Positions 46,303 to 57,475 are shown, counted from the stretch's first letter. The stretch: DNA of 64,000 nt from Bacteroidota bacterium (GCA_040385445.1 JAZKHI010000027.1:14549-78548), one strand, 5' to 3'. The notes: a model not told the origin generated them from the letters alone. Translations and numbers: made by a program.

Positions 46303-46659
46303 ATGCGAAAAATATATTATCTCGCTTCTTGCGATACCTGTCGAAAAATAATTAAGTCGTTACCTTCAAATGCAAATTTAGAGTTTCACGATATTCGTCA
46401 AAATCCAATTACGGTTGCAGAATTAGAATTTATGCACCAACTTTCTGGAAGTTACGAAGCACTTTTTAGTAAAAAAGCCCAATTATACAAAGAAAAAGCC
46501 TTGAAAAACATGACGTTAACAGAAGAAGATTATAAAAACTATATTCTAGAACATTATACTTTTTTAAGTCGTCCAGTGGTGATTTTAGAAAACGAAATTT
46601 TCATTGGAAATAGTCAACCTAATATTTTAAAATTGCAAAAAGCACTAAGTAATGAGTAG
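46303..46659 (+). CDS. ArsC/Spx family protein
   Basis: SCDTCRK, FLSRPV. Confidence 0.8.
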   Translation: MRKIYYLASCDTCRKIIKSLPSNANLEFHDIRQNPITVAELEFMHQLSGSYEALFSKKAQLYKEKALKNMTLTEEDYKNYILEHYTFLSRPVVILENEIFIGNSQPNILKLQKALSNE

Positions 46660-47545
46660 TCGTTCTTGGGCATTAGTTTGCGCTTGGATTGTAGCCATTA
46701 TTTACGGAGTTACGTTCACCATCGCCAAAGATGTAATGCCAAAGTATATTGATGCTTATGGTTTTATTGTGTTGCGAGTTGGTGGTGCAACTTTACTATT
46801 TTGGTTGGTTTCATTTCTTGGTCCAAAAGAAAAAATTGCCAAACAAGATTTCCTTCGAATTGCTGCTTGTGCTTTTTTTGGAGTCGCTTTTAATATGTTG
46901 ACATTCTTTAAAGGTTTAAGTTATACTTCGCCAATTATGGGAGCGGTTTTAATGGTAACTACACCAATGATTGTGTTGATACTTTCTTCCATCATTATGA
47001 AAGAAAAAATGCAATCTAAAAAAGTCATTGGTATTCTTTTAGGATTAGCAGGAACTATCACATTAATTTTATACGGAAAAGCGCTAAACAACGCACCAAA
47101 TGCCACTTTAGGAAACTTATTAGTTTTTGTAAATGCGGTTTCATATGGTTTTTACCTAATTTTCGTGAAGAAATTAATGGATAAATACAATGCGTTTACG
47201 TTTGTGAAATACATTTATTTATTCGGGTTTTTTATGGTTTTACCATTTGGATTTAGCGAATTACAAGTCGTAAATTGGAATGAAATTCCTTTAAGTATTA
47301 GTCTAAAAATTGGGTTTGTGGTTATCTTTTCTACGTTTTTCACGTATTTGTTAAACTTAATCTCGATGCGAAATTTAAAACCAACAACAGTTGCAGTTTT
47401 TATTTATTTACAACCTTTTTTCGCTACGATTTTCGCTATTGGTTTAGGAAAAGATAATTTGAATACTGTGAAAATTATTTCGGCGCTATTGATATTTGTT
47501 GGTGTTTATTTGGTGATTCAGAAGAAAAAAGTAATTAGTAACTAA
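46652..47545 (+). CDS. DMT/EamA family transporter
   Basis: About 10 TM segments in two EamA-like repeats, YLQP motif. Confidence 0.85.
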   Translation: MSSRSWALVCAWIVAIIYGVTFTIAKDVMPKYIDAYGFIVLRVGGATLLFWLVSFLGPKEKIAKQDFLRIAACAFFGVAFNMLTFFKGLSYTSPIMGAVLMVTTPMIVLILSSIIMKEKMQSKKVIGILLGLAGTITLILYGKALNNAPNATLGNLLVFVNAVSYGFYLIFVKKLMDKYNAFTFVKYIYLFGFFMVLPFGFSELQVVNWNEIPLSISLKIGFVVIFSTFFTYLLNLISMRNLKPTTVAVFIYLQPFFATIFAIGLGKDNLNTVKIISALLIFVGVYLVIQKKKVISN

Positions 47546-47553
47546 ATTCAAAT

Positions 47554-48207
47554 ATGAAAAAAATAATTGTTTTTATAATTGTTCTGTTATCTATAAATAG
47601 CCTATTAGCACAAGAATGTAAATGTGAGAAAAATCATTGCACTAATGATTTAAAACCTTATTCGCTTTACGATTTAGGAAAAGGAAATAAAATTGCATTA
47701 TGTGGTTACGCAAATGAAGATGATACTTTTTCAGGGTTTGTATTAACAGATTGTAATTCTAAAACCAATTTTAATTTTTGGGAAGATACTGAAAGATGTA
47801 GTGTTGAGCAAGATATTGATACTTTAGTAGTCCAAGAATTTGCATTTCTTCCAATAGATAAAGATGAATATCAAATTGTTGTTTGGCATATTTATAAATA
47901 TTGGTATAATAATAAAGAACTTCAACAACAAACTTTTTTAAATCCAAATTTTCCGAAATATAATCAGAAACAGATTGAAGATATTATCAAACAATATCAA
48001 AATTATAAAAACAAATTAGACGATAAAAGTATGATATTAGTAAATAAGCTTTTTGTTTGTGTAATTTCTGGAAGTGAAGAAGCTAGAAAACTATTTGAAG
48101 AATTTTTTACCATTCATAATGGTTTAGATGGTGCTTTTTATGAAGAGTATCATCTCTTAGAGAATTTGCTTATAGAATGGAATCTTCGTACAAATTATAA
48201 ACAATAA
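47554..48207 (+). CDS. Hypothetical exported protein
   Basis: Signal peptide, Cys-rich N-terminus, LDGA motif. Confidence 0.55.
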   Translation: MKKIIVFIIVLLSINSLLAQECKCEKNHCTNDLKPYSLYDLGKGNKIALCGYANEDDTFSGFVLTDCNSKTNFNFWEDTERCSVEQDIDTLVVQEFAFLPIDKDEYQIVVWHIYKYWYNNKELQQQTFLNPNFPKYNQKQIEDIIKQYQNYKNKLDDKSMILVNKLFVCVISGSEEARKLFEEFFTIHNGLDGAFYEEYHLLENLLIEWNLRTNYKQ

Positions 48208-48253
48208 ACTTCTACTTTAAAATTATTATCTTTACACTCTTTTATAAAAATAT

Positions 48254-49114
48254 ATGATATTATCAATGACCGGTTTTGGTAAGGCAAGTTTGCAATTATC
48301 AACCAAGAAAATAACAGTTGAAGTAAAATCTTTGAACAGTAAAGGACTCGATTTAAATACGAGAATGCCTTCTATTTATAGAGAAAACGAATTGGCTTTA
48401 AGAAATCTTTTGGCTCAAAAGCTAGAAAGAGGAAAAGTCGATTTTTCTTTATTTGTTGAGGTAACTGGAGAAGAAACGTCTTCAAAAATAAACGCGCCAA
48501 TTGTAAAAGCATATATTGCTCAAATGAAAGCTATTTTACCAAATGCTGATGAAACAGAATTGATGAAAATGGCGGTTCGTATGCCAGATACGATGAAAAC
48601 CGAGCGTGAAGAAATTGACGAAAACGAATGGCAACAAATTCAAACCGTAATTGACGAAGCGATTGAAAATATGTTGTCTTTCAGAACTTCTGAAGGTGCT
48701 TCTTTAGAAAAAGAATTCACTTTACGTATTGAAAATATTAGAAGTTTCATGAATCAGGCTTTGGCTTTAGATCCAGAAAGAGTAACAGCTATTAAAGAAC
48801 GTTTGCAAACCGCTATTGACGAGTTAAAAGTGAATGTAGATACGAATCGTTTTGAACAAGAATTGATTTATTATTTAGAAAAATTAGATATCACAGAAGA
48901 AAAAGTACGTTTGACCAATCATTTAGATTATTTCTTACAAACTTTGAATGGAAGTGAAGCTAACGGAAGAAAATTAGGATTCATCACTCAAGAAATGGGT
49001 AGAGAAATCAATACCATGGGTTCGAAATCGAATCATGCCGAAATGCAAAAATTGGTAGTAATGATGAAAGACGAATTAGAAAAAATTAAAGAGCAAGTAT
49101 TGAACGTTCTTTAA
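48254..49114 (+). CDS. YicC/YloC family endoribonuclease
   Basis: SMTGFG, RGKVD, LDITEE..RL, GRKLGF..QEMGREINT.GSK. Confidence 0.92.
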   Translation: MILSMTGFGKASLQLSTKKITVEVKSLNSKGLDLNTRMPSIYRENELALRNLLAQKLERGKVDFSLFVEVTGEETSSKINAPIVKAYIAQMKAILPNADETELMKMAVRMPDTMKTEREEIDENEWQQIQTVIDEAIENMLSFRTSEGASLEKEFTLRIENIRSFMNQALALDPERVTAIKERLQTAIDELKVNVDTNRFEQELIYYLEKLDITEEKVRLTNHLDYFLQTLNGSEANGRKLGFITQEMGREINTMGSKSNHAEMQKLVVMMKDELEKIKEQVLNVL

Positions 49115-49212
49115 AGCTATATGCCATAAGCATTAGGCTCTAGGCAAAAGTTAAATACAGAATTTCAAGCTTAAAGCGAATTGCTTAAAGCCTAAAGCAT
49201 AAAAACAACACA

Positions 49213-49785
49213 ATGAATCAAGGTAAATTATTAGTATTCTCAGCACCATCTGGATCGGGAAAAACAACTATAGTAAGGCATTTATTAAAGCAAGAAGATT
49301 TAAATTTAGAATTTTCAATTTCTTGTACGACTCGTGAAGCACGAGGCGAAGAAGTTCATGGAAAAGATTACTATTTTATTTCTTTAGAAGAGTTTAAAAA
49401 ACATATCAAAGCAGAAGATTTCGTAGAATGGGAAGAAGTGTATAGAGATAATTTCTATGGCACTTTAAAAAGTGAAGTGGAACGCATTTGGTCAAAAGGA
49501 AAAAACGTCATTTTCGATATTGATGTAGCGGGCGGATTACGTATTAAATCGAAGTTCAAACAAGAAACATTGGCAGTGTTCGTAAAACCACCAAGTATCG
49601 ACGAGTTAAAAATCAGATTGAAAAAACGTTCTACAGAAAGTGATGATAAAATCAACATGAGAATTGCAAAAGCATCAGTTGAATTAGCTACTGCGCCGCA
49701 ATTTGATACAATTATAAAGAATTACGATTTAGATATTGCAAAGGTTGATGCGTATAATTTGGTAAAAGAATTTGTAAATAGATAA
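49213..49785 (+). CDS. gmk: Guanylate kinase
   Basis: SAPSGSGKTT, TTR..R..E..G.DY.F, YGT. Confidence 0.95.
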   Translation: MNQGKLLVFSAPSGSGKTTIVRHLLKQEDLNLEFSISCTTREARGEEVHGKDYYFISLEEFKKHIKAEDFVEWEEVYRDNFYGTLKSEVERIWSKGKNVIFDIDVAGGLRIKSKFKQETLAVFVKPPSIDELKIRLKKRSTESDDKINMRIAKASVELATAPQFDTIIKNYDLDIAKVDAYNLVKEFVNR

Positions 49786-49790
49786 TATTT

Positions 49791-49818
49791 GTAGAGACGC
49801 GATTAATCGCGTCTCTAT
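49791..49818. repeat. GTAG-type REP-like palindrome
   Basis: gtagagacgcgattaatcgcgtctctat. Confidence 0.7.
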
Positions 49819-49841
49819 CAATAATTTTCAAAATCCAAAAA

Positions 49842-50423
49842 ATGAAAATAGGTTTATATTTCGGAACGTTTAATCCCATACATATTGGGCATTTAATTAT
49901 TGCCAATCATATGGCAGAGCATTCTGATTTAGATCAAATTTGGATGGTCGTAACGCCACACAATCCGCATAAACAAAAGAACACGTTGTTAGACGATTAC
50001 CATCGTTTGCATATGGTGCATTTGGCAACAGAAGATTTTCCGAAAATTAAACCTTCGGATATTGAGTTTAAATTGCCACAGCCTAATTATACGATTAATA
50101 CGTTAGTGCATTTACAAGAGAAACATCCTAATTACGAATTCTCACTAATTATGGGCGATGACAATTTGAATTCGCTTCATAAATGGAAAAACTACGAAGC
50201 TATTTTACAACATCATCACATTTATGTGTATCCACGATTAAATGCTGGAGAAATAAATGAGGAATTTGTCAATCATTCAAAGATTCATAAAATTGATGCA
50301 CCAGTTGTGGAATTGTCTTCGACTTTCATTCGCGAAAGCATTAAAAACAATAAAAATGTAATTCCTATGCTACCTCACAAAGTTTGGGAATTTGTAGAAC
50401 ACAATTTGTTTTATAAGAAGTAA
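49842..50423 (+). CDS. nadD: Nicotinate-nucleotide adenylyltransferase
   Basis: GTFNPIHIGH, LIMG.D, SSTFIR. Confidence 0.95.
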   Translation: MKIGLYFGTFNPIHIGHLIIANHMAEHSDLDQIWMVVTPHNPHKQKNTLLDDYHRLHMVHLATEDFPKIKPSDIEFKLPQPNYTINTLVHLQEKHPNYEFSLIMGDDNLNSLHKWKNYEAILQHHHIYVYPRLNAGEINEEFVNHSKIHKIDAPVVELSSTFIRESIKNNKNVIPMLPHKVWEFVEHNLFYKK

Positions 50424-50432
50424 AATTATTCT

Positions 50433-50732
50433 ATGAAATATTTTGTTTTATTAGCTTTTCTAATTGTTTCGTGTAAATCAATAGAACTTAATGGTTTGGC
50501 AACTAACGCTAAAGATGGAGCTTGTATAATTTCTGATAATCAAGTTTACATTGTTAAAAACATTGATGTTTGGCAAGATTCAATAAACAATAAAAAAGTA
50601 GAAGCTATTATTAAAGTTAAGAGAGTTTATAATACGACTATTTACGATTTAAATAATAATGGAGAAATGAGTCAAGGTCGACTTGGTAAAACTATTGTAG
50701 TGAAATTAAAAGATATTAAAATAGTACAATAA
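50433..50732 (+). CDS. Small hypothetical lipoprotein
   Basis: Lipobox VSC. Confidence 0.55.
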   Translation: MKYFVLLAFLIVSCKSIELNGLATNAKDGACIISDNQVYIVKNIDVWQDSINNKKVEAIIKVKRVYNTTIYDLNNNGEMSQGRLGKTIVVKLKDIKIVQ

Positions 50733-50822
50733 CAAATCTCTTAACATTCCTTTATCATTTGTTCGAACGATTCTTTTGTAAATTTGCTGAGATGCTGAAC
50801 TAAATTCAGCATGACAATATTT

Positions 50823-51989
50823 ATGATAAATTTCGAATTATACAATCCTACCAATTACATCTTTGGTAAAAATCAGATAGAAAAATTAGCCTCATTAATT
50901 CCATTCAATGCCAAAGTTTTATTGGTTTATGGTGGTGGAAGTATTTTTAAAAACGGTATTCACACGCAAGTGACAGAAAACTTAAAAGGTTTTGAGGTGA
51001 TTGAATTTAGTGGAATTGAACCGAATCCACGTTTTGAAACTTTAATGAAAGCGGTGGAAATTATTCGTAAAGAGAAAATCACTTTTATTTTAGCCGTGGG
51101 TGGTGGAAGTGTGATTGATGGTGTGAAATTTATTTCAGGAGCGGTAAATTATGAAGGAAATGCCGTAGATATTCTTAAAAACAGAATTTTGTTTAAAGAT
51201 GTTTCCAAAGTAATTCCATTCGGAACGGTTTTAACGTTACCAGCAACAGGTTCTGAAATGAATTCTGGAGCTGTAATTACCATTGAAGCGACTCAAGAAA
51301 AACTAACGTTAGGCGGAAGTGCTTTATTTCCTCAATTTTCGATTTGTGATCCAACCGTAATTCAATCGTTACCAAAAAGACAAATTCAAAATGGAGTAGT
51401 AGATGCTTTTACGCACGTTTTAGAACAATATTTAACCTATCCACAAGATGCGTTATTGCAAGACCGAATCTCGGAAGGAATTTTACAAACTTTAGTAGAA
51501 ATTGGTCCGAAAGTTGTCGAAAATCCAACAGATTATAAATTAGCTTCGAATTTTATGTGGTGTGCAACCATGGCGTTAAACGGATTAATCCAAAAAGGTG
51601 TGACTTCAGATTGGGCAACACACATGATTGGGCACGAATTAACTGCTTTATACGAAATTGATCACGCGAGAACATTAGCCATCATCGGTCCGAACTTATA
51701 CCGAGTAATGTTTGAAACGAAAAAAGAAAAATTAGCGCAATTTGGAGAAAGAATCTTTAATTTAACTGGAGATTCAACAGAAGACGTTGCGGAGAAAGCA
51801 ATTGAAAGATTAGTTTCATTCTTAGAAGAAATGGGAATGGAAACCAAATTATCTCAAGCCACAACCAATTATGATGATACCGCAAATTTTATCGTAAAAC
51901 GTTTTGAAGAAAGAGGTTGGAAAGCTATGGGCGAAAAACAAAACATTACTTTAGATAAAGTAAAGGAAATTGTGGAGTTGAGTTATTAA
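50823..51989 (+). CDS. Iron-containing alcohol dehydrogenase (YqhD-like)
   Basis: GGGS, AVGGGSVID, TLPATGSE, HMIGHE, HARTLA. Confidence 0.92.
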   Translation: MINFELYNPTNYIFGKNQIEKLASLIPFNAKVLLVYGGGSIFKNGIHTQVTENLKGFEVIEFSGIEPNPRFETLMKAVEIIRKEKITFILAVGGGSVIDGVKFISGAVNYEGNAVDILKNRILFKDVSKVIPFGTVLTLPATGSEMNSGAVITIEATQEKLTLGGSALFPQFSICDPTVIQSLPKRQIQNGVVDAFTHVLEQYLTYPQDALLQDRISEGILQTLVEIGPKVVENPTDYKLASNFMWCATMALNGLIQKGVTSDWATHMIGHELTALYEIDHARTLAIIGPNLYRVMFETKKEKLAQFGERIFNLTGDSTEDVAEKAIERLVSFLEEMGMETKLSQATTNYDDTANFIVKRFEERGWKAMGEKQNITLDKVKEIVELSY

Positions 51990-52141
51990 AAAAGAGCCAA
52001 GTAAAAAGTAAAAAGTAAAAAGATAAAAGTAAGAGGAGAAAATCTTCGTGACTTTGTGTCTTCGTGCCAAAAAAATAATAAAAAAAGCGTCCGGGAACTT
52101 AATCTCGTGACGCTTTTTACAAACTAAACTAAAACTACTAA

Positions 52142-53017
52142 CTATTTTTTAAACTCTAAATTTGTTTTGGTTCTTGCGGCAGCATTTCTCATAATCGGAA
52201 TAAAGCCTCTTCCAACAAATTCATAAGTTGTTCCACTTGATAAGTGATATAATCTTATTTTACCATCGTTAATTACGGTAATGTTAAATCCTTCATAATC
52301 ATTACTATTGTAGTAAAGATTCAATTTTTTTGTATAATAATTACCAGATACATTCTGAATGTTATAGTTTCCGGTATAATCCCAATAAATGTCATTCACA
52401 TTTCCAATCATATAATCTTGTGATGAACGAAACGTGTCGTTACTTCCGATTACAAATTTCAAATAGTTCTCGGCATCAAAAACATTCGGATTTCCTGTTG
52501 CACTCGTGTATACTTTTTCCCAAGCTACATATTCTTGTAAGAAATAATGCATGTTGTCGTAAAACACTCTGTCATAATCAAATGAACTTCTTTGGTAACC
52601 AATCAAATAATATGCCGTATTTGTATATGGATCTACTAATTTAATTTCATTGTGAGAAACCTGATATACATCTAACTCATAAAATCCATAAATATTGTGA
52701 TAGACACGAACAGAATTTGAAGTATAATTATAATATCCAATATTTACACCATAACCATTTCCTGTACTTCCAATTCCTACTAAGTTATTATTGGCAAATA
52801 AATCACCTCCTAAAAAAGAAACTGTAAATGCTTTTGATAAAAAAGGAACGTCTCCACTTCCTGTTGTTCTATTATAATCTACATACCATAAATCATAACT
52901 TTCCATCAATTCAGGTAAACTAATATTATCCTGATAATCATTTATTACTACGTCAGTTGTACAAGACTGTAAAGTGAAGAGTGAAATAAATGCAACTATA
53001 AGTAATTTTGCTCTCAT
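52142..53017 (-). CDS. Conserved hypothetical lipoprotein
   Basis: Lipobox QSC; Tyr/Asn-rich beta protein. Confidence 0.65.
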   Translation of the reverse strand: MRAKLLIVAFISLFTLQSCTTDVVINDYQDNISLPELMESYDLWYVDYNRTTGSGDVPFLSKAFTVSFLGGDLFANNNLVGIGSTGNGYGVNIGYYNYTSNSVRVYHNIYGFYELDVYQVSHNEIKLVDPYTNTAYYLIGYQRSSFDYDRVFYDNMHYFLQEYVAWEKVYTSATGNPNVFDAENYLKFVIGSNDTFRSSQDYMIGNVNDIYWDYTGNYNIQNVSGNYYTKKLNLYYNSNDYEGFNITVINDGKIRLYHLSSGTTYEFVGRGFIPIMRNAAARTKTNLEFKK

Positions 53018-53234
53018 GATAAATAATTTTTAAGGTTATAAAGTACATTCCAATAGCCGTGCCAAAAAAGTTCTATTCACAAATCATTAACAAGTTTGAC
53101 TTGTTTTTTCATCTGGATTTTTTTCTTAAATGCTTATAAATTAGGTAATTCAGATACTAAGAAAATTATCATTAATTTTTGAATTTGCACTTGTAATTGA
53201 AAAAGTGTATTTTTGAGGTTCATTATTTTAGAAT

Positions 53235-54230
53235 ATGGAAAACAATAAAAAATTTGCAGTTATAGGTGGCGGAAGTTGGGCAACAGCAATCGCGAAAATG
53301 TTATGTGAAAATCAAGAGAAAATCGCTTGGTATATGCGTAGCACCTATGCTTTAGAACATTTAAAACACCAAAAGCACAATCCAAATTACTTAAGTTCAG
53401 TTGCTTTTGATATAGATAAATTACAGTTAACAAACGATATTAATGAAGCGATAAAATTTGCTGATATAGTTATTTTTGCTATTCCATCTGCTTTTTTAAG
53501 TGGAGAATTAGAAAAAATGACGGAATCTTTAGAAGGAAAAACGGTTTTTTCTGCTATTAAAGGAATTGTTCCAGAAACTAGTTTAATTGTTGGGGAACAT
53601 TTTCATACTAAATTTAATATTCCTTACGAAAATATTGGAGTAATTACTGGACCTTGTCACGCGGAAGAAGTAGCGTTAGAACGTTTATCGTATTTAACAA
53701 TTGCTTGTTCAGATGAAGAAAAGGCAAAATATTTAGCTAAAAATGTTTCATCTTACTACATAAAAGCGAAAACGTCTGATGATATTATCGGAACAGAATA
53801 TGCTGCAGTTTTGAAAAATATTTATTCAATAGCAGCTGGTATTGCTCACGGATTAGGTTATGGAGATAACTTTCAAGCGGTTTTAATGAGTAACGCCATT
53901 CGCGAAATGAAAAAATTCATTAAAAAAGTACATAAAATGAAACGTAATATTAACGATTCGGCTTATTTGGGCGATTTGTTAGTAACTGGATATTCTGTCT
54001 TTTCAAGAAACAGAATGTTTGGTAATATGATAGGGAAGGGCTATACAGTAAAATCCGCTCAAATGGAAATGAGTATGGTTGCTGAGGGTTATTACGCTGT
54101 CAAAAGTGCTTATAATTTAAATTTAGAATACAAAGCGAAAACACCAATTATTAATGCAGTTTATCAAATTTTATACGAAGGAAAAGATGCGAAAAGTGTA
54201 TTTAATAAGTTAACAGAGAAGTTGGATTAA
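53235..54230 (+). CDS. gpsA: NAD(P)H-dependent glycerol-3-phosphate dehydrogenase
   Basis: GGGSWATA, GPCHAEE, LKNIY.IA.G, GDLLVT, SRNR. Confidence 0.95.
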   Translation: MENNKKFAVIGGGSWATAIAKMLCENQEKIAWYMRSTYALEHLKHQKHNPNYLSSVAFDIDKLQLTNDINEAIKFADIVIFAIPSAFLSGELEKMTESLEGKTVFSAIKGIVPETSLIVGEHFHTKFNIPYENIGVITGPCHAEEVALERLSYLTIACSDEEKAKYLAKNVSSYYIKAKTSDDIIGTEYAAVLKNIYSIAAGIAHGLGYGDNFQAVLMSNAIREMKKFIKKVHKMKRNINDSAYLGDLLVTGYSVFSRNRMFGNMIGKGYTVKSAQMEMSMVAEGYYAVKSAYNLNLEYKAKTPIINAVYQILYEGKDAKSVFNKLTEKLD

Positions 54231-54308
54231 TAACTAAAGAGCCAAGTAAAAAGGCAAAAGTTAAAAGTTTAGTTGTCATTCTGACGAAGGAAGAATCTCT
54301 TTTTATAT

Positions 54309-54932
54309 ATGAATAAAATATTTTTACTATTTCTTTTTTGCTCACATTTTATGTTTTCTCAACAAGAAGATGACGTAAAATGTGGTTGGTATGGGAAAAA
54401 AACAGTTGCCGAAAGAAATCAAATGTTTCCATTCAATACAGCTAAAAAAGTAGTTTATATTTCCTTTTATGGTACCGAATTAGGTTTTGATCAATATTTA
54501 GATGAAAATGGTAAAATAATTTCTAACGATTCTTTATTAGATATTCATTTAAGCAAATTAGCTGTAAAAGTTTTTCATTTTAAGTATAGCAATAGTAAAT
54601 ATTATGCAAAAGAGTTTGTTGAGTTAAATCAAGTCCAAATTGATAATTTAAGTAATTTGGCTTTTAACTTTTTAATTAAAAAGCGACCTGAAAACATGAT
54701 GATGTATCAAGCAGGATGTTATACACCTAGAAATGCCATTTTGTTTTTAGATAATGAAGAAAAAGTTATAGCATATACAGAAATCTGTTTTGAATGTAGA
54801 CAGTATTATTCTGATTGGGATGAAAAAACTTTCGATTCTTTAGTTGGAGTGGAAGCTTGTGACGATGTTTTTATAATATTAAAACATTTTTTTAAAAATA
54901 CAGGAATTAAGTATGGTATAACTGAAAGATAA
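54309..54932 (+). CDS. Hypothetical exported protein
   Basis: Signal peptide; CY.PR.AI.F and EICFEC motifs. Confidence 0.55.
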   Translation: MNKIFLLFLFCSHFMFSQQEDDVKCGWYGKKTVAERNQMFPFNTAKKVVYISFYGTELGFDQYLDENGKIISNDSLLDIHLSKLAVKVFHFKYSNSKYYAKEFVELNQVQIDNLSNLAFNFLIKKRPENMMMYQAGCYTPRNAILFLDNEEKVIAYTEICFECRQYYSDWDEKTFDSLVGVEACDDVFIILKHFFKNTGIKYGITER

Positions 54933-54971
54933 TTTAACTCCAAACTTCAAACTTCAAACTCCCAACCAAAA

Positions 54972-57413
54972 ATGCACTTCATAAACGTCATTCTTCCTTT
55001 AAATCTTGATAAAACGTTTACGTATTCCGTAAATGTGGAAGAATACAAGTTTTTACAACCTGGAATGCGCGTTACGGTTCCGTTTGGGAAAACAAAAGTG
55101 TACACGGCTTTAGTTGTTGATAAACACACCAATCCGCCAGAATTATACGAAGCTAAAGAAATCAGTCAAATTATTGACGAAACGCCAATTGTAAATGACA
55201 TTCAATTGAGACATTGGCATTGGATTGCGTCGTATTATATGTGTTCGATTGGGGAAGTTTTTAAATCAGCTTTGCCTTCTGGATTGATTTTAGAAAGTGA
55301 AACCATTATTTCATCTTCGCACACTGAAATAGATAAAAACGAAGCAACCGACGACGAATTCTTAGTTTTAGAAGCGTTAGAGAATAAATCTTCGATAACT
55401 ATTTCTGAAATTTCTCAGATTTTAAATAAAAAAAATGTAATTCCGATTATTCAAAGCTTGCTAACCAAAGGTTTGTTGCAAATGCAAGAAGAAGTTCAGG
55501 AGAATTACAAACCGAAATTGGTAAAATACATCAAACTACAAGATGAATTTTTACAACAAGAACGTCTGCAAGAATTATTAGAGATTTTAGGAAAAGCAAA
55601 AAAGCAAAAAGAAATTGTTTTGTCCTATTTTCAATTGCAAGCGACAGAAAAAAAGCCAATCACATCCAAATTATTAATTGAAACTTCTGGAGTTAGCGCT
55701 GCGGTTATCAAATCGTTAGTCGACAAACAAATTTTCGAAGAATATTATATCAATACAGACCGAGTTTCGTTTGAAAAAGAAGAAGATTACGAAATTCAGT
55801 TAAGTACTTCTCAAACGACTGTTTTAGAAAGTATTAAAGAAAAATTTCAGCAGTTTGATGTCAATTTATTACACGGAGTTACGGCTTCTGGTAAAACGGA
55901 AGTCTATATTAAACTCATAGAAGAATTTTTACAACAAGACAAACAAGTCTTATTCTTATTGCCAGAAATTGCTTTAACGACACAATTAGTGCAACGTTTA
56001 TCGGCGTATTTCGGAAATCAGATTGCTGTTTTTCATTCGAAATATAATTCTAACGAACGTGTTGAGGTGTATAATCACGTATTGCAAAACTCTGAAAAAG
56101 CAAAAGTTGTTTTAGGTGTACGAAGTGCTTTGTTTTTACCCTTTTCAAACTTAGGTTTAATTGTGGTGGATGAAGAACACGAGGCGACTTACAAACAACA
56201 AGATCCAGCGCCACGTTATCACGCGAGAGATGCGGCGATAGTTTTAGCAAAATTCCATAATGCGAAGGTGTTGTTGGGAAGTGCAACGCCTAGTTTAGAA
56301 TCGTATCATAACGCAAAAACCGAAAAATATGGCTTAATTGAATTGTTTACACGATTTAATAATGTGGTTTTACCCGAAATTCACTTAATTGATTTAAAAG
56401 ATAAATATTTCCGTAAACGAATGGATGGCCATTTTTCCGATGAATTATTGGAAAGAATGCACGAAACTCTAGCGAATAATGAACAAGTTATGTTGTTTCA
56501 AAATCGCAGAGGCTATTCGCCATATATTGAATGTACTACGTGTGGTCATGTGCCGCAATGTCCAAGTTGTGATGTGAGTTTAACGTATTACAAATACAAA
56601 AATCATTTGAAATGTCATTATTGCGGACATAGCATGGCGAAACCAACGCATTGTCACGCTTGTAATTCGTTGGATATTTCTGCAAAAGGTTTTGGTACGG
56701 AACAAGTCGAATTAGAATTGATAAAACTATTTCCAGACAAACGGATTGCCCGAATGGATCAAGACACCACTCGCGGAAAATTTGCTTTCGAGAAAATGAT
56801 TGATGCGTTTAAAAATCAGGAAATTGATATTTTAGTCGGCACACAAATGCTAGCCAAAGGTTTAGATTTTGAAAATGTGACTTTAGTCGGAATTCTAAAT
56901 GCAGATAATTTATTAAATCAACCTTATTATCGAGCTTACGAACGTGCGTATCAAATGATGGTTCAAGTTGCTGGTCGTTCTGGAAGAAAAGCGAAAAAGG
57001 GAAGTGTAGTCATTCAAACTTACAACCCGATGCATAATACGATTCAGCAAGTGGTGAATAATAACTATTTAGGGATGTTTAACGAACAATTATACGAAAG
57101 ACGTAATTTTCAATATCCGCCATATTTCCGTTTGTTACAAATTCGATTGAAGCATAGAGACTACGAAAAACTTCGTGAAGGCTCAACTTGGTTGTATAAT
57201 GTGTTGAAGCAAGCCATTCCAGTTCCTATTTTAGGTCCGGAAGAACCAGCGATTAATAGAATTAGAAACGAATACATCAGAACAATTCTTATCAAAATTC
57301 CGAATACGAACAATTTAATACAAACAAAAAAACTTATCAAAAAAGTATTGATAAGTTTTGAAGCGACATCGCAGTATCGTTCTATAAAGACTACAATAAA
57401 CGTAGATTATTAA
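54972..57413 (+). CDS. priA: Primosomal replication-restart helicase PriA
   Basis: GVTASGKTEVY, DEEH, four CxxC pairs, QVAGRSGR. Confidence 0.95.
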   Translation: MHFINVILPLNLDKTFTYSVNVEEYKFLQPGMRVTVPFGKTKVYTALVVDKHTNPPELYEAKEISQIIDETPIVNDIQLRHWHWIASYYMCSIGEVFKSALPSGLILESETIISSSHTEIDKNEATDDEFLVLEALENKSSITISEISQILNKKNVIPIIQSLLTKGLLQMQEEVQENYKPKLVKYIKLQDEFLQQERLQELLEILGKAKKQKEIVLSYFQLQATEKKPITSKLLIETSGVSAAVIKSLVDKQIFEEYYINTDRVSFEKEEDYEIQLSTSQTTVLESIKEKFQQFDVNLLHGVTASGKTEVYIKLIEEFLQQDKQVLFLLPEIALTTQLVQRLSAYFGNQIAVFHSKYNSNERVEVYNHVLQNSEKAKVVLGVRSALFLPFSNLGLIVVDEEHEATYKQQDPAPRYHARDAAIVLAKFHNAKVLLGSATPSLESYHNAKTEKYGLIELFTRFNNVVLPEIHLIDLKDKYFRKRMDGHFSDELLERMHETLANNEQVMLFQNRRGYSPYIECTTCGHVPQCPSCDVSLTYYKYKNHLKCHYCGHSMAKPTHCHACNSLDISAKGFGTEQVELELIKLFPDKRIARMDQDTTRGKFAFEKMIDAFKNQEIDILVGTQMLAKGLDFENVTLVGILNADNLLNQPYYRAYERAYQMMVQVAGRSGRKAKKGSVVIQTYNPMHNTIQQVVNNNYLGMFNEQLYERRNFQYPPYFRLLQIRLKHRDYEKLREGSTWLYNVLKQAIPVPILGPEEPAINRIRNEYIRTILIKIPNTNNLIQTKKLIKKVLISFEATSQYRSIKTTINVDY

Positions 57414-57475
57414 AATAAACGTCAGTTCGAGTGTTTCGATGAAGTATGAATCGGAATGTATCGAGAACCGTCTAT

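Noticed and set aside
38696-57470. Isolated short GC-richer palindromic motifs (about 38696-38721, 39803-39836, 54273-54299, 57420-57469)
   Set aside because: They look like single REP-like intergenic elements; each occurs once here and no associated transposase is present, so nothing more can be supported.
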